From: Torpedo marmorata
Lineage: Eukaryota
DNA length: 64,000 nt
Direction of reading: 5' to 3'
Assembly (NCBI GenBank): GCA_977017645.1
Contig: OZ360250.1
Location: forward strand, 36,146,001 to 36,210,000
Shown here: positions 12,155 to 23,044 of the stretch, piece after piece
Layout of the letters: each line of letters opens with the position of its first letter
Position numbering within the stretch: the stretch's first letter is position 1
The notes under the pieces: generated by a model
Told to the model about the DNA's origin: nothing
The model's database searches: none
The model's input: the letters and a program-made list of their open reading frames with translations, nothing else
Made by a program: the position numbers and the translations under genes

Positions 12155-15100
12155 AAAAGTGAAATTATGGCATTATCACAAGGGGATTATAGTAGATGTA
12201 AAGAAATTACACAATTTAAATGGGCAAAGGAAGAAATTAAATATTTGGGAATAAGGGTTGATACAAAATTGGCTAATTTATACAAATTAAATTATTTACC
12301 ATTATTTGTGAAAATAAAGAAAGATTTAGAAAATTGGAAAGATTTACCTATAACTTTAATGGGAAGAGTAAATTGTATTAAAATGAATGTTTTTCCAAGA
12401 ATTCAATATCTTTTTCAATCAATTCCTTATGAAATTCCTCAAAATTTTTTTTTAAATTTGAATTCAATTATTAGAAAATTTTTATGGAAAGGAAAGTTAG
12501 CAAGAGTAGGTATGGAAAAACTAACTTGGAATTATGAAATGAGGGGTTTACAGCTTCCTAATTTCCAAAATTATTATAAAGCAGCTCAGTTAAAATTTGT
12601 TAATGAATTTTTTGATTCAACTAAATTTTCTGCTTGGATTAAAATAGAATTAAATAATATAGGAGAAGATTCCAAAGAAGAAGTTATTTATAAATGGGAT
12701 TCTAAATTAATATCAACAAGAAAGAAAAATTCTCCTATTCTTTTTTTTTATTTTTTATTATTTTATTTAAACTTTTAAATCACAAAATACATAAAATAAA
12801 ATATAAAATTATCAAAATACATGTGATACATTTTCACCCCCCCCACCCTCCCTCCCCTCCCCAAACCCCCCATCCACACTAATCTAGTAAAATTAAAATA
12901 AAAGTAAAAATAGAAAAAGGAAAGAAAGAAAAAGATAGAATAAGGGGAATACCATCTATAAACTAATTCTATTATGGAGGTCAAATGTGCCAGTAGATCC
13001 GATATCCAGAGATCTTCAAATCCTTAAACCCACAGCTCTCATATATGGGCTCCAAATTTTCAAGAAGAAATGATATTTATTACGTAAATTATAAGTAATT
13101 TTTTCCAGTGGTATACACGAACGAAGCTCTGCATGCCATCTTTCTAATCCTAAATCTAAGTCAGATTTCCAAGTAATAGCAATGCATTTTTTCGAAACAG
13201 CTAAAGCAATTCGTAAAAATTCTACTTGAAACATATTTAATTTCTTTTTAATACTAAATTTTTTAATAACTCCAAATAAATATAACATAGGATCCATTGG
13301 AAATACAATATTAAATACTTTATCTAAAAATGTTTTAACTTTCAACCAAAAATCTTGAATCTTTGGACAAAACCATGTAGAATGAACAAAAGAACCTTCC
13401 TCATTATTGCATCTGAAACATAGTCCTGATAATGTCGAATTAAATTTCTTTAATTTTTTTGGTGTTAAATATAATTGATGAAAAAAATTATATTGTACTA
13501 GTCTATATCTAACATTAATAATCTTCGTCATACTTAACTTATATAAATCTTTCCAGTGATTTTCATCTATATTTACATTTAAATCTAATTCCCATTTTAA
13601 TCTTGATTTATGCAATCCTATTTTAGGCATTTTCCTCTGAAACAATTTATACATTTGAGAAATAAATTTATTAACATCTCCATTAGTAACTAATAATTCT
13701 AATTCATTTTGTCTTGGTAAAATCCAAGCATAGCCTAATTTCTCAGTCAAAAAAGCTTTAACTTGATAATAAGCTAAAAATGTATTATCTGGTATATTAA
13801 ATTTATCTTTCATTCTTTGAAACATAATAAATTTACCAGCTTCAAAACAATCATTTATCTTCTTAATACCTTTTTGAAACCAAATTTGAAGTAACTGATT
13901 ATTAACAGTAAATGATATAAGTCCATTTTGATATAATGGCATATTTGAAGAAATTAATCCTCTTCCACCTATCTCTTTATCCGTCTTACCCCATATTTCT
14001 AACAAATGTTTAATAATCGGTGAATTTTTCTTTTTTAATAATATTAATTTAGAATCCCATTTATAAATAATTTCTTCTTTAAGATTTTCTCCTACATTAT
14101 TTAATTCTATTTTAATCCAAGCAGAAGATTTAGTTAAATCAAAAAATTCATTAACAAATTTCAGTTGAGCTGCTTTATAATAATTTTGAAAATTAGGAAG
14201 TTGCAATCCACCCATCTCATAATTCCAGGTTAACTTTTCCATACTTACTCTTGCTAACTTTCCTTTCCATAAAAATTTCCTAACGATAAAAATTAAATCT
14301 TTAAAAAATTTGTGAGGAATTCCAAAAGGAATTGATTGAAAAAGATACTGCACTCTTGGAAAAATATTCATTTTAATACAATTTACCCTTCCCATTAAAG
14401 TTATGGGTAAATCTTTCCAGTTCTCTAAATCTTTCTTTATTTTCACAAATAATGGTAAATAATTTAATTTATATAAATTTTCCAATTTTGTATCAACCTT
14501 GACCCCCAAATATTTAATTCCTTCTTTAGCCCATTTAAAGTGTGTAATTTCTTTACATCTAGTATAATCACCCTGAGATAAAGCCATTATTTCACTTTTA
14601 TCAGAATTAATTTTATATCCAGATATTTCACCATATTCTCTTAATATAATAGATAGTTGTTGAAGTGATACAATAGATTTTGTCATATATATCAATACAT
14701 CATCTGCAAACAAACTAATCTTATGTTCTTCCGTACCAACTTTAATACCCACTATCTTAGGATCTTTTCTAACTAATTCAGCCAAAGGTTCTATCGCCAA
14801 AACAAATAAAGCTGGTGACAGGGGACATCCCTGTCTCGTAGAACGTGTCAAAGAAAATTTTGGCGATATTTGTCCATTTGTGATTACTTTAGCTGATGGT
14901 TCTTTATATATAGTTTTAATCCAATTTATAAATGTATTTCCAAAACCAAATTTTTCTAATACCTTAAATAAAAAATTCCATTCTAATCTATCAAAAGCCT
15001 TTTCAGCGTCTAATGTTACAACTAATGGTAAATCTTGTTTCTTTTTATGTAAACTAATTAAACTAATTAATCTAGCTCTATTATCCTTTGAATATCTATT

Positions 15101-17751
15101 TTTAATAAAACCAGCTTGATCTGTATCAAATCTGGCAAATATTTAGCCATTCTATTTGCTAAAATTTTTGCCATTATTTTATAATCTACATTTAATAATG
15201 AAATAGGTCTATATGATTCAGTTTTTAATACATCTCTATCCTTCTTTGGTATAACTGTAATTATAGCATTTTAAAATGTTTTCGGTAATGAATGAGTTTC
15301 CGTAATTTGATCTATATGGAGGTATCAATAAATCTTTAAATTCTTTATAAAATTCTGACGAAAACCCATCATCACCCGGAGATTTACCACTCTTCAACGA
15401 GGAAAAAACTTCACTAACTTCCCTCATTGTGAAAGGCAAATCTAAAGAGTCTCTACTCCGAATATTCAATTTAGGTAATACAATTTTAGATAGGAATCTA
15501 TTAATTTTAGAATCATCTTGATCAATCTGCGATTTATATAAATTCTGATAATAATCTTTAAAAGATTCATTTATCTCTTGAGGTTTATAAGTTATTTCTC
15601 CAGTATTTTTCTTCCTTATAGCATTTATAGTTTTAGAAACTTGTTCTTTTTTTAATTGCCATGCCAAAACCTTATGTGCTCTTTCTCCTAATTCATAATA
15701 TCTTTGTTTAGTTTTCTCAATTAATTTTTCCATTCTATATGTTTGTAATAAATTATAATGTAATTTCTTCCCTATTAAACAATTTCTTTTTTGAATTGAT
15801 CTATTTCTCTGTAAGTCTTTCTCCATAAGTTCAATTTCCTTCTCCAGTTTTTCTGATTCCTTAAGATAATCTTTCTTAATTTTAACTGAATAACTTATTA
15901 TTAGACCCCTTAAGTAAGCTTTTAAAGCTTCCCACACTATAAATTTATCATTAATAGAATTAACATTTATTCATAAAAATTCCTGAATTTCTCTTATATA
16001 TTCACAAAAATCTTTCCTTTTTAATAACGACGAATCAAATCTCCAATTATATATAGTTTTTTTCTTTTTCCGGAATTATACAAGACAATAACAAAGGTGA
16101 ATGATCAGAAATTACTCTCGCTTTATAGGATGCTTGCGTTATTCTATCTTGAACCTGTGATGATAATAAAAATAAATCTATCCTAGAGTATGAATCATGT
16201 CTAAAAGAATAAAATGAATAATCTTTTTCCCTAGGGTTCAGTCTCCTCCAAATATCTATTAAATTTAAATCTTTCATCAAATTAAGAATTTTTTAAACAA
16301 TTTTAGCTCTAACAGATGATCTTGAGGTTCTATCCATTATTGAATCTAAACAACAATTGTAATCTCCCCCAATTAAAATATTCTCATTAGCATCTGACAA
16401 ATGCAAAAAAGCATCTTGAATGAACTGCTCATCATCTGGATTTGACACATATAAAAATTCTCCTATTCTTAAACATTTGTTAGAAATATGGAATAAGACG
16501 GATAAGGAAATAGGAGGAAAAGGATTGATTTCTTCAAGGATGCCTTTATATCAAAATGGACTTATTCCATTTACTATTAATAATCAATTATTTAAAATTT
16601 GGTTTCAAAAAGGAATTAAGAAAATTAATGATTGTTTTGAAGCTGGGAAATTTATTACTTTTCAAAGAATGAAATATAAATTTAATATATTAGATAATAC
16701 ACTTTTTGCTTATTATCAAATTAGAGCTTTTCTGATTGAGAAATTAGGTTATGCTTTGATTTTACCAAGACAGAATGAACTAGAATTATTAGTTACTAAA
16801 GGAGATGTCAATAAATTTATTTCTCAAATGTATAAATTGTTTCAGAGGAAAATTCCTAAAGTAGGAATTCATAAATCAAGATTAAAATGGGAATTAGATT
16901 TGAATGTAATAATAGATGAAAATCATTGGAAAGAATTATGTAAATTAAGTATGACGATGATTATAAATGTTAGATATCGATTAGTACAATACAATTTTTT
17001 TCATCAATTATATTTAACACCTAAAAAATTAAAGAAATTTAATCCGACATTATCAGGTTTATGTTTTAGATGTAATAAAGAGGAAGGTTCTTTTGTACAT
17101 TCTACATGGTTTTGTCCAAAAGTTTATGATTTTTGGTTGAAAGTTAAAACATTTTTAGATAAAGCATTTAAGATTACATTTCCAATGGATCCTATGATAT
17201 TTTTGTTTGGAGATATTAGAAAATTTAGTATTAAGATGAAATTAAACATGTATCAAATAGAATTTTTGCGAGTTGCTTTAGCTGTTTCAAAGAAATGCAT
17301 TGCTATTACTTGGAAATCTGATTTAGATTTAGGATTAGAAAGATGGCATGCAGAACTTCGTTCGTGTATACCACTTGAAAATATTACTTACAATTTACGT
17401 AACAAATATCATTTTTTCTTAAAAATTTGGAGCCCATATATGAAAGTTGTTGGTTTAAGGATTTGAAGATCTCTGGATATCGGATCTACTGGCATACTTG
17501 ACCTCCATAATAGAATTAGTTTATAGATGTATGTTTTTTTTTTAGATTGGCATTCTCCTTACTCTATCCTTTTCTTTCTTTTTTCTTCTTCTTTTTCTAT
17601 TTTTATTTTATATTTTTATTTTTATTACATTAGTGGGGTTGGGAGGGTTGGGGGGTGAAAAAGTATCACAAATATTTTGATAATTTCATACTTTATTTTA
17701 TGTATTTTGTGATTTAAAATTTTTAAATAAAATATTTTTAAAAATTAAAAA
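12155..17751 (+). mobile_element. 5'-truncated AT-rich L1-clade LINE inserted in the LTR (pieces 12155-12742 and 16453-17751)
   Basis: 17-bp TSD aagtcacacagaattct (12138-12154, 17752-17768); IKYLGI, GRVNCIKMN, GLQLPNFQNYYKA, CCHC knuckle CFRC...HSTWFCP; A-rich tail. Confidence 0.9.
12743..16452 (-). mobile_element. Second L1 of the same family, nested in opposite orientation inside the first
   Basis: 18-bp TSD aaaaattctcctattctt (12725-12742, 16453-16470); poly(T) at the left end; APE C-part (SRIDLFL, SDHSP), RT (KSPGDDG, TRQGCPLSP, LFADD), CCHC; ORF 13016..14851. Confidence 0.92.
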
Positions 17752-17963
17752 AAGTCACACAGAATTCTCAGCAGAATTCCATCCTTTATAATGACAGTCC
17801 ACAGTCCAAAAAGTCAGTCCATGGTCCATAACACCTCCCACCCACAAAGAAAATTTTGGTCTGTAAGAACAAAATATTACTAATTAATTAAGGTGTCACA
17901 ATATAAAGCAAAACACTATGTTCATCTACAAGCACACACAGTAACTAATTTCATTTACAAATT

Positions 17964-19830
17964 TTAGCATCTAGAAAGACAATCAGCAATCACATTACCC
18001 TTTCCCGTAATGTGCGTTATCATCAAATCATACTCTTGTAAAATCAAACTCCAATTTAACAAGCGTCTATTCTTATTCTTCATTTTACACAAAAAATAAC
18101 AATGGATTATGATCAGTATACACCATAAGCGTTTTTTGAGCTGTACAAATGTAAACATCAAAATGTTGTAGAGCCAACCCAGGAGCTAACAACTCTTTCT
18201 CTATGATGGAATAATTCTTCTGATGATCATTAAACTTCTTCGAGAAGTAGGATACAGGATGGTCAATATCATCATCATTCTTCTTCTGTAACAGCACCAC
18301 ACCCACAGCTTCATCACTGGCATCCACGGCTAAAGAAAATGGTTTCTCTAAGTCAGGTGGCATAAAATGGCCTTCAATTTTACAAATGCTTCTTGGCAAC
18401 ATTTCGACCAGACAAATTTTTCTCCCTTCTTAAGCAGTTTTGTTAGAGGGAGTGTAATATCTGCAAAGTTTTTTAAAAGCTTGCAATAGTAACCAATCAT
18501 TCCCAGGAACCTTCGAAGAATTTTCTTACTAATTGGAACAGGGAACTCAGAGGTAGTCAAAACCTTTGCCTCAACTGGCGCCAACTGCACCTGTCCTACG
18601 ACATAACCCAGATAAATAACAGTCGCATGACCAAACTGGCTTTTACTTAAAATAACTCTGAGATTTGCTTTTAAAAGTCGATTTAAAAATTCTTCTAACT
18701 CAAGGACATGCTCTTCCCATGTATTACTACTTATAACTAAATCATCAATGTAATCACCTGTGTGCTTCAACCCCTGAATTACAGAATTAATCATTCTTTG
18801 AAATGTCCCCGGAGCATTCTTCATTCCAAAGGGCATGACATTGTACTCATACAGCCCAGAAGGTGTTACAAATGCAGAAATCTCTTTACCCCTATCTGTT
18901 AAAGGAACACACCAGTAACCTATCAACAAGTCAATTTTAGTAAGAAATTTTGCCTTCCCCACCAATCATCCAATCTAGGAATAGGATAAGCATCTGTCTT
19001 TGTCACAGCATTTACCTTCCTATAGTCAGTGCAAAACCTAACAGTTCCATCTGACTTAGGCACTAAAACACAAGGTGAACTCCAATTTGAAGTAGACTTT
19101 CTGATGATACCATTCTTCAACATGTAGTCAATTTCTTGATCTACTAGTCTGCACTTTTCCATATTTATCCGATAGGGATGCTGTTTAATATGTCTAGCAT
19201 CACCTACATCAACATCATGATAAGCTATGGAAATTCTCTGAGGTACATCTGGAAATAAATTCTCAAATTTTAAAAGTAACTGTCTCATTTTTTTTCCTTT
19301 CTGAAGTTTGGAGAAGAGCCAACTTTGTTTCCATGTCCTGCAAAACCATGGAATTTTCCAACCTCGGGCTTATCAATTTTTGTGTCCCATGACCTTCCCT
19401 GAAACTTGTTTTATTTGTCTCCTCATTATCCTGGTCGATAACCATCACCTCTGGCGAAAGTTTAGTCTCACTGTGAGGCACCTGCTCAAAATATGGCTTA
19501 ATCATATTTACATGACAGACCTGAGTATCTCGTCTGCGATTAGGCGTTTCAATAGCATGTGACCTCATTAATTTTAGACTTAACTTCTTATGGTCCTGTA
19601 AACCTAGCCCTAAGAGGATTTGAATGTGTAGGAAACAGAACCAACACTTTGTCACCAGGTTTAAGATTTCTCATCTTTGCCTTGCGATCATACCAAACCT
19701 TCAAACCTTTAAATTTTCCTTTGCCATTTCACAAGCTTTATGCAACCGATCCTTAAATTTAAAGACATAATCCAACAAATTTAAATGCACATCATTATTA
19801 ACCCACTGTTCCTTTAATAACATTAATAAC
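17964..19830 (-). pseudogene. Frameshifted pol: integrase C-terminus, reverse transcriptase, RNase H
   Basis: INT tail (KDRLHKACEMAKENL; VCHVNMIKPYFE), RT (IKQHPYR, RFCTDYRKVN, VMPFGMKNAPGTFQR, YIDD), RNase H (AVDASDEAVG, EKELLA, YTDHNPL, NVIADCLSR then stop). Confidence 0.9.
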
Positions 19831-20165
19831 AGTTGCTTTGGAGTGTTGGAGTGGGAGGAGCGACTGTTGACTGGTGCTTCGTGAGTAAGTATTTTTGGAG
19901 TTGTAAAATTGTTTAAAAAGTGAGCTTTTTCGGGCCTAGGTCTTTTCAGTTGCTTTGGAGTGGGAGGAGCGACTGGTGATTGGTGCTTCATGAGTAAGTA
20001 TTTTTGGAGTTGTAAAATTGTTTAAAAAGGGAGCTTTTTCGGACCTAGGTCTTTTCAGTTGCTTTGGAGTGTTGGAGTGGGAGGAGCGACTGGTGACTGG
20101 TGCTTCGTGAGTAAGTATTTTGGAGTTGTAAAATTGTTTAAAAGGGGAGCTTTTTCAGGCCTAGG
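19831..20165 (+). repeat. Three tandem ~109-117-bp monomers just upstream of a CR1 5' UTR
   Basis: Unit agttgctttggagtg...ggcctaggtcttttc starts at 19831, 19948 and 20057. Confidence 0.85.
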
Positions 20166-21450
20166 GCTAGGTTAAGTGGTGATTAGTAGTAGTAAGAAAT
20201 TGGGTATTAGAGTTAATTAGCAGTGACCTATAAAAGGAAGGGAAGTAGAGGGAGCGGCCAGTGAGGAGCGGCCCAGTGAGTGAGTGGCATAGGGAAGGAG
20301 TGGAGCTCTGAGGCTTTGGCTCAAGAGGCTTCAGAGAGAAGAGGCTGAGGAAGTACTACCAGTAAGGTTAAGTTTATTCCTATTTAATCTAGTGTAGTTA
20401 GGAGGGGGTTATGGAGGCAGTTGGGTTAGTCATGTGTTCCCAATGCAGGATGTGGGAGGTCAGGGACATCACAAATGTTCCTGATGACCAGACCTGCAAA
20501 AGGTGCATCCAGATGCAACTCCTGCGAGACCATGTTAGGGAACTGGAGTTGCAGCTGGATGAACTTCGGATCATGAGAGAGGCAGAGGTAGTCATAGATA
20601 GGGAGACAGTCACCCCAAATAGACAGGAGTCAGCTAACTGGGTCGGAACCCCTGTGGCCGTTCCCCTCAATAATAAGTATACTGTTTTAGATACTGTTGG
20701 GGGGGACCTACCAGGGACAAGTCACGGGGGTCAGGTATCTGGCACGGGGGATGGCCCCTCAGCTCAGAAGGGAAGGGGGGAAAAGAGGAGAGCTCTTGTA
20801 ATTGGGGACTCGCTGGTTAGAAGAACAGATAGAAGGTTTGCTGGACGAGATCTGTGCTCCCGGATGGTATGTTGCCTTCCAGGTGCCAGGGTCAGGGATG
20901 TCTCTGATCGAGTACTCAGCATTCTGGAGGGGGGGGGCGAGCAGCCAGGTGTCATGGTCCACGTGGGGACCAATGACATAGAAAGAAATGGGGATGAGGT
21001 CCTGAAGAAGGAATATAAAGAGTTAGGAAGTAAGTTAAAAAGCAGGACCTCGAGGGTGGTAATCTCAGGATTGCTGCCTGTGCCACGCGCTAGAGAGGGT
21101 AGGAATAGGAAGATGTGGAGGATGAATGCGTGGCTAAAGAGTTGGTGCTGGGGGCAGGGGTTCCCATTTGTGGATCATTGGGATCTCTTCTGGGGAAGGT
21201 CTGACCTGTACAAAAGGGACGGGCTGCACTTGAACTGGAGGGGGGACCAATATCCTGGCAGGCAGGTTTGCTAGAGCTGTTGGGGAGGGTTTAAACTAGT
21301 TTGGCAGGGGGGTGGGAATCAGAATTTGAATGTGGAGAGTAGGGTAGAAGAACACCTAGATTTGAAGGAAGAGAGGAACCAGAATGTTAAAGTTAATGAA
21401 GGAGAGGGTAATCAAAGGAGTGTATGTGGGGGACATTCTCTCAAGTGTAT
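19831..21450 (+). mobile_element. 5' part of a CR1 LINE: 5' UTR and ORF1 (zinc finger, coiled coil, SGNH esterase), truncated at the start of ORF2
   Basis: ORF 20411..21274 has CSQC...CKRC, VIGDSLVR, VHVGTND, RDGLHLN; followed by the ORF2 start LKCIY. Confidence 0.88.
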
Positions 21451-21920
21451 ATATTGTCATACCAAGCTACACAGTCGTTGGTGTAAAGTGAGTAGAGCAG
21501 GGGGCTAAGAACACAGCCCTGTGGTGTTCCGGTACTGATGGAGATTGTGGAGGAGAAGTTCTTACCAATCTTCACTGATTGTGGTCTGGAGGTGAGGAAA
21601 TCCATGATCCAATTAGGCAGTGGGGTGTTAACTCCCAGGTCTTGGAGTTTGCTGATCAGTTTTGAGGGGATGATGGTGTTAAATGCCAAACTGTAGTCGA
21701 TAAAGAGCATCCTGATGTATGCATCTTTGCTGTCCAGGTGTACCAGGGCTTTGTGTAGAGCCAGTGAGATGGCATCCGCCGTAGACCTGTTGCCGCGATA
21801 GGCGAACTGGAATGGATCCATGTCACCGCTCAGACAGGAGCTGATATGCCTCATCACCAGCCTTTCAAAACACTTCATCACTGTTGATGTAAGTGCTACT
21901 GGTCGATAGTCGTTAAGGCA
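21450..21920 (-). mobile_element. Rex1/Babar RT internal fragment
   Basis: [22 protein letters not shown]...[17 protein letters not shown]. Confidence 0.88.
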
Positions 21921-22306
21921 GTTCAGTTCTTTAACTGATAACAAAGGATGTCGTATTGAACGTTGGAGAGAGAAAAGACTAATGTTGCGTTGCAGTAAGC
22001 TTACGAATCCTTTTTCAGGCTTCCTCAGATGACTTCCCTTGGTTCTGAAAGTGTGGTTTTTAACCCTTCCTCACTTATGAGGCATGTGCATTTCACACAG
22101 CTCTCCAGCTGCCCTCTTCGTTCCAACTGCCGTTCCAACTGCCGTTCTACCGCTCCAACTGCTGTTCCATTGTCTCTCTGTCTGCACAGCTCGACCTTGG
22201 TGAGTCAGCACTCAGTTGTACTGCAAGTCACACAGATTTCTCAGCAGAATTCCATCCTTTATAATGACAGTCCACAGTCCAAAAGGTCAGTCCATGGTCC
22301 ATAACA
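21921..22306 (-). repeat. Partial 5' LTR of the Gmr1-like element
   Basis: Near-identical to part of the 3' LTR and uninterrupted at aagtcacacagatttct, where the 3' LTR carries the L1 insertion. Confidence 0.85.
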
Positions 22307-22590
22307 AAGCCCAGATTAACAAATTAAAGATCTCTCTGTGGTGTTTCCACAGAAGTTTGAGGCATCCGTGCTCGTACTCCGCACCTACTGAGAATTGCAG
22401 CTGGTGGGTCCACACTGTCAGCTGTGTTTAGACGAATGTGTACGAAAAATGAAACGATGTCCGGCCTGCTCACTGCAGAGCTCCCGAAACATCCCTCATC
22501 TGAAACTGTGGCTGACACTAAAGAGTGAAAACACAGAAATGCTGGAGGAATTCAGCCGGTCTCGCAGTGTCCAAAGGAGGTAAAGATATA

Positions 22591-22628
22591 TTACTGACGT
22601 TTCGGGCCTGAGCCCTTCTTCAAGGTAT
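22591..22628 (-). ncRNA. Hammerhead-like motif, on the KCNMA1 sense strand
   Basis: Reverse complement reads atacc-TTGAAGA-a-gggctcaggccc-GAAAC-GTC-agtaa. Confidence 0.5.
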
Positions 22629-23044
22629 GAGTAAAAAGCAGGCAGGTGCCTTAAATAAAAGGCTGGGGAGAAGGAAAGAAAGGGCAGGGGGAGGAGCACA
22701 GACCAACAGACAAATATGATAATTGGACATAGATAGGAGGACAGGAGAGGAAAGGTGAGAATAGGTGGAGCGGGTTGCTCTGTGAATGCAGATCTGAAGG
22801 ACAGGAGACAGAGGGAAAAGGAAAGAGAGAAAGACAGATTCCTCACCCCATTTTCATACCTATATGTCTGACCATGGTCTCATGCACTGTCAGACTGAGA
22901 CCACCTGCAAATTGGAGGAAGAATACCGCATATTCCGTCTGGGCACCCTCCAAACAGATGGCATTAATATTGACTTTTCCGGTTTCTGTTAGCCCCTGCT
23001 CCCATCTATCCCTTTTTCTCCTTTCCTCTCGCTCTGTCTCTCGA

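Larger units (their letters stand above)
11543..17833 (-). repeat. 3' LTR (~680 bp once the nested L1s at 12155-17751 are removed)
   Basis: 11843-12154 plus 17769-17833 is duplicated at 21921-22306; polypurine tract gtgggtgggagg on the minus strand at 17834-17845. Confidence 0.85.
11543..22306 (-). mobile_element. Gmr1-like Ty3/gypsy LTR retrotransposon (INT-RT-RH order), degenerate and carrying nested insertions
   Basis: TG...CA LTR ends (tgttaca at 11543, ataaca at 22306); 4-bp TSD AAGC at 11539-11542 and 22307-22310; PPT next to 17833; pol remnants 17964-19830. Confidence 0.88.

Noticed and set aside
12008-12778. 256-aa ORF as a novel fusion protein
   Set aside because: Chance in-frame junction of antisense LTR sequence with a 5'-truncated L1 at the TSD, ending in the poly(T) of the nested L1.
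17964-19830. Endogenous retrovirus or copia element
   Set aside because: RT and RNase H motifs are gypsy-type and no env is present; the INT-first order is explained by the Gmr1 clade.
19831-20165. CRISPR-like array (also 51535-51770)
   Set aside because: Head-to-tail repeats without unique spacers, no cas genes, eukaryotic intron context.
20411-21274. Host GDSL/SGNH lipase gene
   Set aside because: It is the known esterase-bearing ORF1 of CR1 LINEs; three paralogous copies sit in CR1 context in this window.
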